From assembly GCA_963764625.1 (NCBI GenBank), contig CAVXTH010000009.1, positions 704,001 through 768,000 of the forward strand: a stretch of DNA of 64,000 nt, given 5' to 3'. How positions within the stretch are numbered: the stretch's first letter is position 1; every line of letters begins with the position of its first letter. Position numbers and translations under genes: made by a program. Under the pieces are notes generated by a model. The model was not told the origin of the DNA. It ran no database searches and was given only the letters and a program-made list of their open reading frames with translations. This document shows positions 40,782 to 52,201 of the stretch, one piece after another. Source of the DNA: Candidatus Krumholzibacteriota bacterium. GTDB taxonomy: Bacteria; Krumholzibacteriota; Krumholzibacteriia; JAJRXK01.

Positions 40782-41986
40782 GCTTCGAGGACACCACCAC
40801 CCTCGCCCCGCCGGTGGAGGAAACAGCGGAGGGAGTGAGGGCGCGTCGCGTCTTGCTGGTGACCGAGTGGTTCCTGCCCTACGTGGGTGGCTCGGTGAAC
40901 CTCTTCGTCAACGCCTGTCAGCAGTATCCTCAGGGAGCGGTCCACGTTCTCACCGGAATTCCCGATGCCGGGGTGGGGACCGAGGGACCGGCTTCGCCGT
41001 TTCCCACCACCCGGGTCAGCCTCGAGCGCTACGAGTTTCTCAAGCCCGAGTCCCTCGTTCTCTACCTGCGCATGACCCTGGCCGCCCTTCGGTTGCGTTT
41101 CAGTTTCCGGCCCGAGATTCTGCACTGCGGGCACGTCCTCCCCGAGGCGATCGTGGCCTGGATCTACAAGAAATTGTTCAGGGTGCCCTATCTCGTCTAT
41201 GTCCACGGTGAAGAGGTGGCGATCCAGCGGCATTACAAATGGAAGCGGCGTCTCATGCCCAGACTCTACAACGCCGCGGCCGCGGTGGTGGCCAACTCGA
41301 ACAACAGCCGGAATCTCCTGGTCGAACTAGGAGTCGACCCCGAGCTCGTTCGAGTCATCCATCCCGGAGTCGAACTCACTCGTTTCAAAGGCGAGCCGCG
41401 TCAGCCCGACGGTGAAATCCGAATTCTGAGCGTGGGACGCTTGTGGCCACGCAAGGGTCACGAACAGGTACTGCGGGCGCTCGTTCCCCTGAAGGAACGC
41501 CTTCCCCGACTGCGCTACTGGATCGCGGGCACCGGAGGCAAGGAGCCCGAGCTGAGGAAGCTGTGTACGGAACTTGGACTGGACGAGATCGTGAGATTTC
41601 TGGGCTACGTTCCCGAGGAAGAGCTGCCGGGTCTCTATCGTCAGTGCGATCTTTTCGTTCTCGCGAACCGGCGGCTCAGCAGCGACGACATGGAGGGTTT
41701 CGGGATCGTCTTCCTGGAGGCGGCCGCCTCCGGATTGCCCGTGGTGGGGGGAATCACCGGTGGAGTACCCGATGCCGTCAACGACGGAATGAACGGTCTT
41801 CTGGTGGATACCGAGAACATCGATGCCTTGGCGGAAGCCCTCGGGCGACTCGCCCAGGACGAGGAGCTTCGTCTCAGGATGGGACGAGAGAGCCGCCGCT
41901 GGGCTGAGGGATTCAGTTGGAGTCGGTTCGCGAGCCGGATCCGTCGCTTGAGCGATCAGGTTGCGCGGGCACCGAGTTCGCGGTAG
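40778..41986 (+). CDS. Glycosyltransferase family 4
   Basis: VGRLWPRKG, EGFGIVFLEAAASG. Confidence 0.93.
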   Translation: MSFEDTTTLAPPVEETAEGVRARRVLLVTEWFLPYVGGSVNLFVNACQQYPQGAVHVLTGIPDAGVGTEGPASPFPTTRVSLERYEFLKPESLVLYLRMTLAALRLRFSFRPEILHCGHVLPEAIVAWIYKKLFRVPYLVYVHGEEVAIQRHYKWKRRLMPRLYNAAAAVVANSNNSRNLLVELGVDPELVRVIHPGVELTRFKGEPRQPDGEIRILSVGRLWPRKGHEQVLRALVPLKERLPRLRYWIAGTGGKEPELRKLCTELGLDEIVRFLGYVPEEELPGLYRQCDLFVLANRRLSSDDMEGFGIVFLEAAASGLPVVGGITGGVPDAVNDGMNGLLVDTENIDALAEALGRLAQDEELRLRMGRESRRWAEGFSWSRFASRIRRLSDQVARAPSSR

Positions 41987-43092
41987 AGGACCTCGTATTC
42001 TCTGGCCATCCGCTGCGCCGAGTAGTGTTTGACGATGTGCTGGCGCGCCGCCGAACCCAGGCGCGCTCGGAGTGCTTCGTCGTCGAGCAGGCGCTCCCAC
42101 GCCGCCGCCATGGCCTCGCGGTCGTCCAGTCTCACGCCGAGACCGGTCTTGCGATTCAGGAGCAACTTGTCCACCCCGGGAATCGAGAACGCCACCGCGG
42201 GCAATCCCAGAGCCATGGCTTCCATCATCGAGCGCGGAATTCCCTCACTACGCGAGCTCATGCTGAAGATGTCGCAATGGCGCAGTAAGCTCAGGCGGTC
42301 CTCTCGGTAGCCAAGAAACTCGACGCGCCCTCGCGCGGCCGATGATGCGACCAGTTGCTTCAAGGCCTGGGCCTCAGGGCCTTCGCCCACCAGGAGAAGG
42401 CGCACGCCGTCGCGTCGTTCGCAGAGCTTGGCGAAAGCTTGGATCATGGTATCCAGATTCTTGAGCGGGGTGAGTCTGCCCACGTAGACCAGCAGCCTTT
42501 CGTCCTCGAAGCGCCGCAAGGTGCTCTCGGTGGAAACGGGCCGAAGGAGCTCCGCCTCGATTTCCTCCAAGTCGACCCCATTTTCGATCAGTCGAATCCG
42601 GTGCTGGGGGATCCCCATCCCGCGCAAGGCCTTCTCGAGCTCGAGGGAAAGCGGCGCGACGACATCCGCGCGCTGCAGCGCCCAGCGACCGGCCGTGAAG
42701 TAGAGCCGCATCTTGGGATTGAGTGCCTTCTCGAAGCCGTGGGGCGTGGAGACCACCGTCGTTTCGGCGCGACGACGCGCGAGCACCGCCAAGAGGTCCG
42801 ACTTGTATCCGTGTCCGTGCAGAATGGAGGCATTCAGAGCACAGGCCAACTTGGCGACCGAGCTTGCGGCCCGAGGGTCGAAGCGATGCGCGAGATGGAT
42901 CTCGTGAGTGGAAAGACCGAGCTCGCGACCCCTTTCCAGAATTTCCGGGCTCTCGTCGTTTCCCTCGCGGGTGACTGCGATGTGCACTTCGATCTTGGAC
43001 GGATCGAGATGCCGCGACTGGGCCACCACCCAGCGTTCCGCTCCGTAGTATCCGGTGGGGGAGATCAGATGAAGGACGACGACGGCGGCCAT
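41956..43092 (-). CDS. Glycosyltransferase family 4
   Basis: YGAERW, HGHGYKSD, VGRLTPLKN, EGIPRSMMEAM. Confidence 0.92.
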   Translation of the reverse strand: MAAVVVLHLISPTGYYGAERWVVAQSRHLDPSKIEVHIAVTREGNDESPEILERGRELGLSTHEIHLAHRFDPRAASSVAKLACALNASILHGHGYKSDLLAVLARRRAETTVVSTPHGFEKALNPKMRLYFTAGRWALQRADVVAPLSLELEKALRGMGIPQHRIRLIENGVDLEEIEAELLRPVSTESTLRRFEDERLLVYVGRLTPLKNLDTMIQAFAKLCERRDGVRLLLVGEGPEAQALKQLVASSAARGRVEFLGYREDRLSLLRHCDIFSMSSRSEGIPRSMMEAMALGLPAVAFSIPGVDKLLLNRKTGLGVRLDDREAMAAAWERLLDDEALRARLGSAARQHIVKHYSAQRMAREYEVLYRELGARAT

Positions 43093-43183
43093 GGTTCTTC
43101 TCGGCAGGAGAGTGACGTCTTTCGATTGAGACAAAGGTGGGGTGACCACCTGCCTCGCGAGTTTCCCGTACAGTAGGGTCACT

Positions 43184-43199
43184 TGCAAAGCAAGTTCCA
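43184..43199 (-). promoter_or_regulatory. sigma54-like promoter for the minus-strand GT4
   Basis: TGG-AACTTGCTTT-GCA. Confidence 0.55.
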
Positions 43200-43255
43200 G
43201 ACTCGAGGTAGAATGGGGCCGGTGCGAGCAGCACTTGTGCGAAGGCTCGGCAAGC

Positions 43256-43271
43256 TGGCATACTTCCCGCT
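43256..43271 (+). promoter_or_regulatory. sigma54-like promoter for the O-antigen ligase-GT2 unit
   Basis: TGG-CATACTTCCC-GCT. Confidence 0.4.
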
Positions 43272-43404
43272 GGTCCTCAGGGCTACTCCTTCAGTGTCGC
43301 TTTTCTTGCCCTTTGTGCCCTTACTGTGTGTCGGCCGACTCTTGGTGACGATCAGGCAGGGGGTCGGCTTCGACCAGTGGACACTCGATTCTTCAGAGGT
43401 TGCC

Positions 43405-44862
43405 ATGGTGGATCAGCGCGAGGCTGATGAGTGGAGGCAGAGGCCTGATCTGCGCCGAGCGCACGACGAACAGTTCGAGCGGCACCCACTCGAGCTGGAG
43501 GTCCGCAGCCGCTATTTCGTGAAATGGCGGTCCGTCTTCGTCAGCCTGCTCGTCATCGGGTTCTCCCTGATCAGTGCCTATTTGCTGCTCCACGACAACT
43601 CGCGCTACGCCTTGGGCGCCGTAGTGGTGCTGGGCTTGGGAATCCTGGTGTTCATCAAGCCCCAGGTGGGCTTTTGGGCCTACTACATCATGGCCTTCGC
43701 CCGGCCCAACGAGGTGTTGTGGGGATTCGAGAAGCTACGCATCTCGCTGGGCCTGGCCGTGTTCACCCTAGTGGCGGCCCTGCTTCGGGTGGCGATGTCC
43801 AGGCGCGGGAGTCCTCCCAGGGAGCGTATTCTGCTGATGATGTTGGGGTTCACCATGGTGGTGGCTCTCTCGGCTTTCGTCCACGGGGGCAACTACGAAC
43901 GTCTCATCGACATTGCGAAGATGCTCCTCTTTGCGGCCACCTTCGCGGCATTCATGAACCGCCGGTCCTGGTTCAAGGTGACCATTTGGCTGGTTACGCT
44001 TTCGTTCGCCTACCTCACCTTCTGGGCCCTCATCCAGAAGTATGTCCACGGAGTCTACATGCTCGAAGGTCCCGGCACTTCGGACGCGACGCTCAAGGAC
44101 CGAAACTTCTTCGCGATGCATCTGCTTCTGGCGATTCCGTTCTACTGGTATCTGTCCCAGCGAATCCGCTCGAGATTCTGGAAGCTACCGGCTCTGGGGA
44201 TGATCCCTCTGGCCGTGCTGTGCGTCTTTCTCACTGCGAGCCGTGGGGGGTTGCTGGGTATCGCCACCGCGTTCGGCGTGATCGCCTGGCAGAGTCGTCA
44301 CCGGGTCCCGGCCCTGATTGGGGGGATTGTTCTCTTGGCGGGCTTCTACGTGGTCGCAGCGCCCCAAACCCTGAAAGGGCGCGCCGATACCATTGTGCAC
44401 TACGAAGGCGAGGCCAGCGCGGAAGGACGGATCCATTCGTGGCACGCCGGCACCAAGATGATGCTCGCCAACCCGCTCTTGGGAGTCGGGCCCGCGAAAT
44501 ATGTCTCTGAGTATCGCTTCTACGATTCGAGCAAGCCCCGGCAGGCACACAACATTCTGGTGCAAACCGGAGGCGAATACGGCGTGACCGGACTCGTCTT
44601 TCTCGTCCTCTTTCACATCTTCGTGTTTCGCCGTCTCTTGCTGCTGAAACGCGAATACGGGGGAGACGACCCTCTGGTTGAATCATGGACCAAGACTCTT
44701 CTCGCCAGCCAGGTGGCGTTTTGGGTGACGGCGTTCTTCATCAGCGCGGAACGCTATGAGTTCGGCTGGTTCATCGGCGCCCTGGCCGTCTCTCTCACGC
44801 TCACGATCAAGCGGGAACAGGAAGAGTGGCAGGAGGAGGCCGAGGATGAAATCGAGATCTGA
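43405..44862 (+). CDS. O-antigen ligase/polymerase (Wzy_C) family protein, exosortase-A-associated O-glycosylation-ligase-like
   Basis: Multi-TM; DRNFFA, LTASRGG, SAEGRIHSW, NPLLGVG, AHNILVQ..EYG. Confidence 0.88.
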   Translation: MVDQREADEWRQRPDLRRAHDEQFERHPLELEVRSRYFVKWRSVFVSLLVIGFSLISAYLLLHDNSRYALGAVVVLGLGILVFIKPQVGFWAYYIMAFARPNEVLWGFEKLRISLGLAVFTLVAALLRVAMSRRGSPPRERILLMMLGFTMVVALSAFVHGGNYERLIDIAKMLLFAATFAAFMNRRSWFKVTIWLVTLSFAYLTFWALIQKYVHGVYMLEGPGTSDATLKDRNFFAMHLLLAIPFYWYLSQRIRSRFWKLPALGMIPLAVLCVFLTASRGGLLGIATAFGVIAWQSRHRVPALIGGIVLLAGFYVVAAPQTLKGRADTIVHYEGEASAEGRIHSWHAGTKMMLANPLLGVGPAKYVSEYRFYDSSKPRQAHNILVQTGGEYGVTGLVFLVLFHIFVFRRLLLLKREYGGDDPLVESWTKTLLASQVAFWVTAFFISAERYEFGWFIGALAVSLTLTIKREQEEWQEEAEDEIEI

Positions 44863-45836
44863 TGAGTGACTCAGTACCTTCAAGACCAGTGAACTTGAGC
44901 GTCATCATTCCCGCGTACAACGAAGAGCGGTACCTGCCCGCATGTCTTGATTCCATCGCGAGCAATACACCGAAAAGCGTTTCCGTGGAGTGCGTGGTGG
45001 TGGACAATGGCTCGACGGATCGTACTGCGGCGATCGCGCGTGAGAGGGGGGCCACCGTCCTTCGCTCGCAAGCTTCCACGATCGCGGCGGTGCGCAACGA
45101 AGGCGCGCGTGCCTCTTCCGGTTGCTTTCTCGCGTTCCTCGACGCGGACTGCACGGTAGAAGAAGGATGGGCCGAAGCGATTCAGCGCGCTCTCTCCCTA
45201 GAGGGCGTCGTCGCAGTGGGCAACTACCCGCACGTCGCGCCCTTTGGGACGACTTGGGTGCAACGCACCTGGTCGTACCTCTTGCGCGTTCGAGTACGGC
45301 GCGAACGGGCCCGCTGGCTTCCCTCGGCCAACCTGGCGGTGCGCCGCGAAGTGTTTGAGAGGGTCGGTGGATTCGACGAATCACTGACCACTTGTGAGGA
45401 CGCCGATCTCTCCTACCGTCTCGCACGTCATGGCGTCTTGCTGGATGATCCGGAGGTCATCGTGCTGCACCATCGCGAACCGGCGACGCTTGTGGCCTTC
45501 GTTCGAAAAGAAGTCTGGCATGGTAAAGATACTTACCATCGCATGCGGGCGGGGGGGGTGGTGGCCGATGAAGTCCCGAGTCTGATCATTCCCTTGCTCG
45601 CGCTCTCCTTCGCGCTCTTGCTGGTGGCCGGAGTGCTCTCCCGGCTGCAAGACGGGCGATCCTGGCCTCTTCACCTGGGATGGGTGGGGCTTTTGAGCCT
45701 GCCGGCTCTCCTCAGCGCGCGCGCGATCGCGCGGAAGCGTCCCGGGCTGCGCCGTATCCCGGCAATTTTCGCCCTCTACCTGAGCTACGTTTTTGCACGG
45801 GTGTGCGCGCTGGTGCTGGGCTTCATCGGGCGTTGA
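44862..45836 (+). CDS. Glycosyltransferase family 2
   Basis: SVIIPAYNEE, VVDNGSTD, FLDAD, GGFDE..CEDAD; C-terminal TM helices. Confidence 0.93.
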   Translation: MSDSVPSRPVNLSVIIPAYNEERYLPACLDSIASNTPKSVSVECVVVDNGSTDRTAAIARERGATVLRSQASTIAAVRNEGARASSGCFLAFLDADCTVEEGWAEAIQRALSLEGVVAVGNYPHVAPFGTTWVQRTWSYLLRVRVRRERARWLPSANLAVRREVFERVGGFDESLTTCEDADLSYRLARHGVLLDDPEVIVLHHREPATLVAFVRKEVWHGKDTYHRMRAGGVVADEVPSLIIPLLALSFALLLVAGVLSRLQDGRSWPLHLGWVGLLSLPALLSARAIARKRPGLRRIPAIFALYLSYVFARVCALVLGFIGR

Positions 45837-46093
45837 ACCCACAGACAGTCCCGGTCCGGACTTCAAGCCCGGGCGATTGGGCGCGGACGCAGCTCTCACT
45901 TGATCGGCACCCGAACTGCTGTCCTCTGCGCATCCTGCGACGAATGGGAACTGCGGTAGGGCGTTCGGCATTTCCCTCATGAAGAATGGAATAACTTACC
46001 TCTGGATTCCCATGGGGGTTCCTGTTTACCTTGCGTTTCTCAAGCACCCGGCCCCCAATCACCCCACGATGACAACGTGTTTCAAAATTGCGC

Positions 46094-46109
46094 TGGCATA
46101 TTGCGTGCT
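46094..46109 (+). promoter_or_regulatory. sigma54-like promoter upstream of the giant lyase-like gene
   Basis: TGG-CATATTGCGT-GCT inside a ~500-bp, visibly less GC-rich intergenic region. Confidence 0.5.
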
Positions 46110-46337
46110 CGGTGCGCAGTAACCCGCTTCGCTACTCCGACGCTTCCTCAAGAGGAATCATGAAGTCGAATCGTCGGTTAAAGTTCGCGAAAGCACCTGG
46201 AGACTTCTCCTATTCGATCGAAGAAACGACCAAGCCAACACACCGTACGGGTGCCTGCCCAGCGACTCAACAGGACACCTAGTGACCAAGGCGCGAAATC
46301 AACACCCCGTCAAGACACCAAGATGCGAAGGTACAAC

Positions 46338-49300
46338 ATGAATATGAGCTTGCGGCGCTGGCTAATCGGTCTCTCCCTCGTGGTCTTTCCTACCTCTTCC
46401 TTCGCCCTGACGGTGCCCTTGACGGTACGCAACGAACTGGCGGTGCCACGTGAGGGCGCGACCCTGGAGATCGGCGTTCCCTTCGCCGAGGGAGAGATCT
46501 CATCTCCCGATCAGCTCGGAATCACCGGGCCCAACGGCGCGGTGAATCCCTTGCAGGCGCGGACCCTCAACACTTGGTGGGACGGTTCACCGCGCTGGGT
46601 TCTTCTCACGCTGCCGGTCGACGTTTCGGCGCGAGGAACGAGTGTCTACAATCTGAATGACAGTGGAAATGCGAACGGTCCGAGCGCGCTCGTGGCGACC
46701 GACAACGGCACCACGATCACGGTGGAAACCGGTGTGCTGCGATTCACCGTGGACAAGACCAGCTTTCACATTCTCGAGACCGCGGCCATCGACACCGACG
46801 GTGATGGCACTTACGACCTGAATGTTCTTCGTCCCGGCCAGTCCGCTGGACTGGTCGTGGATGGTAGCGATGGCGAAACCTACACCGCCGCCGCCGCCGC
46901 CCCCACCGTGGCCAAGATCGAAGCGCAGGGCCCTCAGAGTGTGACTCTCTTGTTCAAGGGAAGGCTGCGCAGCGAGACCTCCAGCAGTGAAATCCTGGAG
47001 TACGTCACGCACATCACCGCCACGCTGGGCAGCGCCGAGCTGCGCATTCAGCAAACTCTGCACAACTGGCGCGCGGGGTCGATCGATTACCGCGGCGACG
47101 GTTCGGTGGCGTTCTCAGACGCCCGCATTGAACTCGCGACGCCCTTTACCAACGGTTCCTTGAAGGTGGGTTCGGACGACGGTACCTCGCCCATGACGGT
47201 TTCGCTCGCGAGCGGGCAACGCGGCTACATCCACCAGGATAGCAGCGGCTTCTCCACCTGGAACAAGTGGACCGGCCTCAAACACAATAGCTACCGCGGA
47301 TGGCGGTTCTACGCCGGCAATAGTGGGAGCGAGTCGATGGTGGGGAGCGGGGACCAGGCCGAGGGTTGGATGGAGGTTCGCAACGGGCAGAACGGTGTCG
47401 CGTTCGGCATCGACGAGTTTTGGCAGAACTACCCCAACGGTCTGGTCGCGCAGGCGGACGGAAGCATTCGCGCCGAGTTCTTCAGCGAGTTCCAGAGCGG
47501 GGACCATTCGATTCGTCCGGGCGAGCAGAAGACCCATCGAGTTCGCGTCGATTTCTTCTCCGACGGTGGGCAGCAGACGCAGGCGCGCATTCTCTCTGCG
47601 CTCAATCCCATGATCGCCCTCGCTCCGCCGGACTATTATCTGGGCACCGGATGCTTCCGGCGAACCGTTTCCGTGGCGGATTCTCCCTCGCCCGACTACG
47701 AGCTCTACGAACGCGCGGGTCTGTACGGAGGAATTGGCTGGCGCTCCGACGATGCTGCGGCGTCCGCCGCGGGGAACATCGAGTTCGACGACTGCTACGG
47801 CTGGTGGGACTATGGCGATTTCTTTGCGGAGTACGAGCACCAAGGGGATCGGGCCAATCTGGAGAACGACTACACCTATGGAATGATTCTGCAGATGGTG
47901 CGTTCCGGGAACCCCGACTGGTGGACTTTTATTCAGCCCGGTGCGCGTCACTTGGCTGACATCGACATCTATCATACCCAGGGCGACCTCGGTTGGCGCA
48001 ACGGAGGGTTCTTCACCCACGATCGCACCGGCTCGCACAAACACCGCACCGACTATCCGCAGCCCGGCCACTACAACGCGCAGGGCATGTTCTACTACTG
48101 GTACTTGACCGGTGATCCCGTCGTTTTCGACTCCGCGATCGAAGTGGCGGACAACACGGCCTGGAGGTTGGCGAACGACCCCGTCGGCGGCGGCTACAGC
48201 GAGGTCAGGACCGACGGTGAGGTACGCGCCGCGGCCTGGTTCCTCAACATCTCCTACGAGGCATGGCGCGCGACCGGAGAGCAGAAGTACCTCGATGCCG
48301 CCCTGGACGTCATGCGGCGCACCAACGCGGCCGATCGATGCTGGATCAATGGTGGAGCTCCGTGCTCGGAGAGTAACTTCGATCCCTCGTGGCAGAGCCA
48401 GGTCTCGGTCTGGCAGGTGGGGATGCTCATGGGCAATCTGGGCGAATTCCTCGAGGAACGAAAACGCCAGCTGGGTGCACCCGATGCGCAAGGCGTGGAG
48501 TCACTCCACACCTACGGGAATTGGCTGCAAAATTATTGCTGGGTTCCCGCATCGTCACGCTGGGCGTATTCCTTCGACTACACGGGGATGCGTTGGGGGT
48601 CGCCGACGCCGGACTCAATCTGCGAGTGGACGAAGGGCTGAGCTACGCCTATTGGCTGACCGGCGATTCCAGTATGTTGCAGCACGTCGCCACGGACTGG
48701 GCCACCGCGACCACCGATCCCTGGTTCGATGGGAGTGGAATCACCTACTCGAACATGAAGAACCAGGCAGTGGGCGCGCGCAACGGCGGCGCCTATTTGC
48801 AGTATCTGGTGTCACAGGGCTCGACAAACGAGAATTGCCTCGGGCTTCTGAGTTCGACGCCTGACGCGGGACAGACTTACGATCCCAGTTCCGGCGGTGT
48901 CCTTCTCCTCTTCTCGGAGGATCTCGACCCCAGTTCCCTTAGCGGCGCCATCGCCGTCGAGGGAAGCTCTACTGGTTCATTTACGGTCGACACTCAACTG
49001 AGCTCGACGGTCGTCGGTGTCACCCTGAGCCCGGTTCCACAAGCGGGGGAGACCGTCACCTTCACTCTGAGCGGGGATCTCAGCAGTCAGGCCGGTCACC
49101 TCTTAGACGGCAATGGGGATGGCTCCTGTGGCGATCCGGCCACCTTCATGCTCACGGCTGGCGGGAGCTCCGGACCCGATCAGACCCCACCCGATGCGAT
49201 CGACGATTTGCAGCTGAGTTTCGATCCCAGCGATGGCTCGGCCAAGCTGCAGTGGTCAGCTCCCGCGGACCAGGGGCCGGCCGGGATGCCGTCGACGATC

Positions 49301-50866
49301 GAGATTCGCTACGCCACCGCCGACCCCGCCTCCGGTTTCGATTGGTCCACGGCGAGCGCCATCCCGAATCCCCCCGCTCCGGAGGTTCCGGGGAGCGTGC
49401 AGCAGGTGAATCTGGGCACCATCGACGCCAGTGACGGCGCGCTGCGGATCGCGATCCGTAGCACCGATGCGGCGGGGAACATCTCAGTCGTGAGCAACGT
49501 GGCCGAGGATACGGTCGGCCCCAGAGTCGTCCATCAGGGATTCGGAAGCGTTCTGGTGGAGGAAGGGAAAGCCGCGACGATTCAGATCTGGATCAGCGAC
49601 GCGGCCACCGGACACGCGGAGGTGACGAACGCCAGACTGTCGTTCGATTCCCAGCAGCCTTGGCAGGGCGAAGTAGTTCCTCTCGAGCATTCGGCGGGAC
49701 TCACGAACGACAACGGCCTGGCCTACTACACGGTGGACGCATCCAATTGGTCCGCGGGTCAGACCCATACTCTCAAGGTCGAGGGTCTCGACATGGCGGC
49801 GAACTGGAGCCCGACTCCGGCCTCGATCACGATCGAGGTGGTTTCGGCCAACACGAACGCCAGTTGCATGACGATGTATCAGAGCGAGCCGGTCGACGGA
49901 GCGCAGATCCCCCGCTTCACCGGGGTCGTCCTGCGCTTCGATCAGGTGGTCGATCCCGCGAGCATCGATCCCACCGGATTTGCGCTCAGCTTCTCCCCGG
50001 CCGCGGGTGGTTCGGTCGACTATCCGGTCAGCCTCAGCGCGGTGTCGCCGAGCGAGCTGAAAGTGACGACTGCGAATCCGCCGAGCGAGGTCGGTACCTT
50101 CACGCTCAGCGTCGATCCGGATCTTCAGAGCAGTTCCGGCGCCCCCTTGGGTTCGGGAGGCAACTGCGATCCGCTCTCGGCGCTCAGCTTGACGCTCGAT
50201 CCCAACATGACGCCCTCCGGCTGTCTCCACATCGTCAGTACCACGCCGGAGGCGGGCAGCTCGTCCCCGAGCATCAGCCAGATCGTCCTCGATTTCGACG
50301 CGCCGGTTTTGACGGGCAGCGTAACGTCGAGCAGTTTCACTCTCGAATCAGTCGGTGGGCAGATTCAGGCCAAGGCGCTGAGCCTGTCGCAACAGTGGGT
50401 TAGCGACACCCAGCTTCGCCTGGTCTTGGATACGACCATTTCCGAGCCGGCCACGCTGCGCCTCAACTTCGGCGACGGGATCCTCTCGCAATCCGGATCA
50501 CCCCTGGGCGACGTGGAGAATTGCAACTCTCTGCAGCCGCTCGAGTTCGAGATCCAGGGCGGTTCCGTAGACGTTCCGGCCGGCTCGGATCTGGACAACA
50601 TCGCCCGCGTCGGCTCCATCTCCGTCTCGGGATACCAGGTCGTGTTCAGCGAGCTGCAACCGGGCGGCACCCTGCGGATCTACGATACCGGCGGACATCT
50701 CCTGTACGAGACTGGAATCGACTCGGACACGCTCACCCTGGACACGCAGATCCTGGGGAAGTTTGCGGACAAGCAACTCATCATCCTCTATCGGGACAAG
50801 AAACAGCACATTCTCGTCGGCCGTGACGTGGAAGCCTACCGTTCCTACATCGGGAACATCGAGTAG
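46338..50866 (+). CDS. Giant secreted protein: YetA/exo-rhamnogalacturonan-lyase-like module, Big_5/Fn3-like repeats and a degenerate CTD; apparent -1 frameshift at ~48585
   Basis: Signal peptide (SSFA); GVPFAEG..LQARTLNTWWDGSPRW; FWQNYP; GEQKTH; YGWWDYGD; HLADIDIYH; YWYLTGD. Adding one G to ACGGGGATG joins this to DAGLNLRVDEGLSYAYWLTGD and the repeats SSTPDAG/SEPVDGA/STTPEAG..F(S/D)..V/LD. Confidence 0.72.
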
Positions 50867-50893
50867 AGGGAAAACTGGTTTCTTCACCGAGCG

Positions 50894-50921
50894 AAGGGCG
50901 CCCTCCTGGGCGCCCTTTTCT
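50894..50921 (+). terminator. Rho-independent terminator between convergent genes
   Basis: AAGGGCGCCC-TCCT-GGGCGCCCTT followed by TTCT. Confidence 0.8.
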
Positions 50922-50944
50922 CGTTCGTGGCCTGTGAACTCGAA

Positions 50945-52201
50945 TCAGGGCTCGAGACGAAACTGCATTTTCTGACCCGCCGGATCCACAAGCTCCAGAA
51001 CGATGGGCCCCGTCTCGCCGTGGCTTTGCAGATAGGCGTCCATCACGCTCTGCAGGTCGAAGGTCAGAGAACGCTCGAACCACGCGTCACAGAGCTCGCC
51101 TCGGTCGTCGTGCGTGAGGCGCAGCCAGGTGTGCGCTTCCCCAGACTCCATGGTGAAGGGCAGACCGGCGAAGAGCGCGAGTTCATGGTCGATCGAACAT
51201 CCGCTGAAGCCCACCCGCAAGGTCAAGAGCTTCCCTTCGATCGTTCCAGCCAAGAGTGCATAAAAGTCCTGCGGCATGAGCGAATCCGGCGGGGCTTCGG
51301 TGAGGTGGGTGGGCCACGGGGTGCCTGGACAGGGGCCGGGCATCGCGCCGAAATCCACCTGATCCAATGGCAGTGGTTTCCCGTCGGGGTCGGGGGTGAG
51401 AAGGACCTGGCGGATGCGTGGCGTGGTGTAACACATGGGGCAGCCCCTAAGGCTCGCCACGCAAGCCAAGCTGCTTTCCAGCTGCACTTGATAGAGCCCC
51501 GGCTCGGTCACGGAAAGGCGATAGAAACCCATCTCGTTGGGCATGGCCTCGAGCTGCTGCCCGCTGGGTGAAAGCGCTCGAATGAGCGCGCCCTCCAGCG
51601 GACCCTCGTTGCGCTGTCGTGTGCCATCGTAATTCGAGTCGTGAAACGTCGTCCCGGAAATGGACGAGCCGGCGGCGAGACCGAACGCCGCACGCGCCAC
51701 GAACGAAAAGCTCGCAAGGCCTGGGTCGTGAAGGATCCAGGTGTGTGACTGCGAGCTCTCGCCGGCCAGCAGCACTCCACCGCTGCCGAGCAGATTGGAG
51801 TAGTCGAATCCGTAAATTCCCGGGTCGATCGGCCCGACATAGGGAGGAATGATGTCGGGATTTTGAACCGTCACTCCAATGGGGGTGAATTGCTGGACCC
51901 AGATGATGGCTGGGGGATAGAGGGGCTGCCCGCTCTGGTTCACCACCGCGACGTCGATGCGCAGGGTGGAAGTTTGCGCATCGAGCTGGAGATTCGAACC
52001 CCGCAGGTCGACGGCCAACGGGGGGTTGCCCGGCTCCTGGATGCGGCTGAGCAAGAATGAATTGTCGAGGGGATCGAAGCTGCCGTCGAACGAAGCTTCG
52101 TTAGCGGAGGGAGGTGTAGGGGCAGTCGAGTCGCCACAGGCGCAGAGGAACGCGCCCCAGAGCGTACAGAGGACGAAAAGGCGGACCGATTTCGTGCGCA
52201 T
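50945..52201 (-). CDS. Lipoprotein with an SdrD-B-like domain and a C-terminal NigD-C-like beta-sandwich
   Basis: Lipobox LCA-C; SISGTTFHDSNYDG..NEGPLEG; TLRVGFSGC..H..E..THD..C..TFDL. Confidence 0.65.
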   Translation of the reverse strand: MRTKSVRLFVLCTLWGAFLCACGDSTAPTPPSANEASFDGSFDPLDNSFLLSRIQEPGNPPLAVDLRGSNLQLDAQTSTLRIDVAVVNQSGQPLYPPAIIWVQQFTPIGVTVQNPDIIPPYVGPIDPGIYGFDYSNLLGSGGVLLAGESSQSHTWILHDPGLASFSFVARAAFGLAAGSSISGTTFHDSNYDGTRQRNEGPLEGALIRALSPSGQQLEAMPNEMGFYRLSVTEPGLYQVQLESSLACVASLRGCPMCYTTPRIRQVLLTPDPDGKPLPLDQVDFGAMPGPCPGTPWPTHLTEAPPDSLMPQDFYALLAGTIEGKLLTLRVGFSGCSIDHELALFAGLPFTMESGEAHTWLRLTHDDRGELCDAWFERSLTFDLQSVMDAYLQSHGETGPIVLELVDPAGQKMQFRLEP

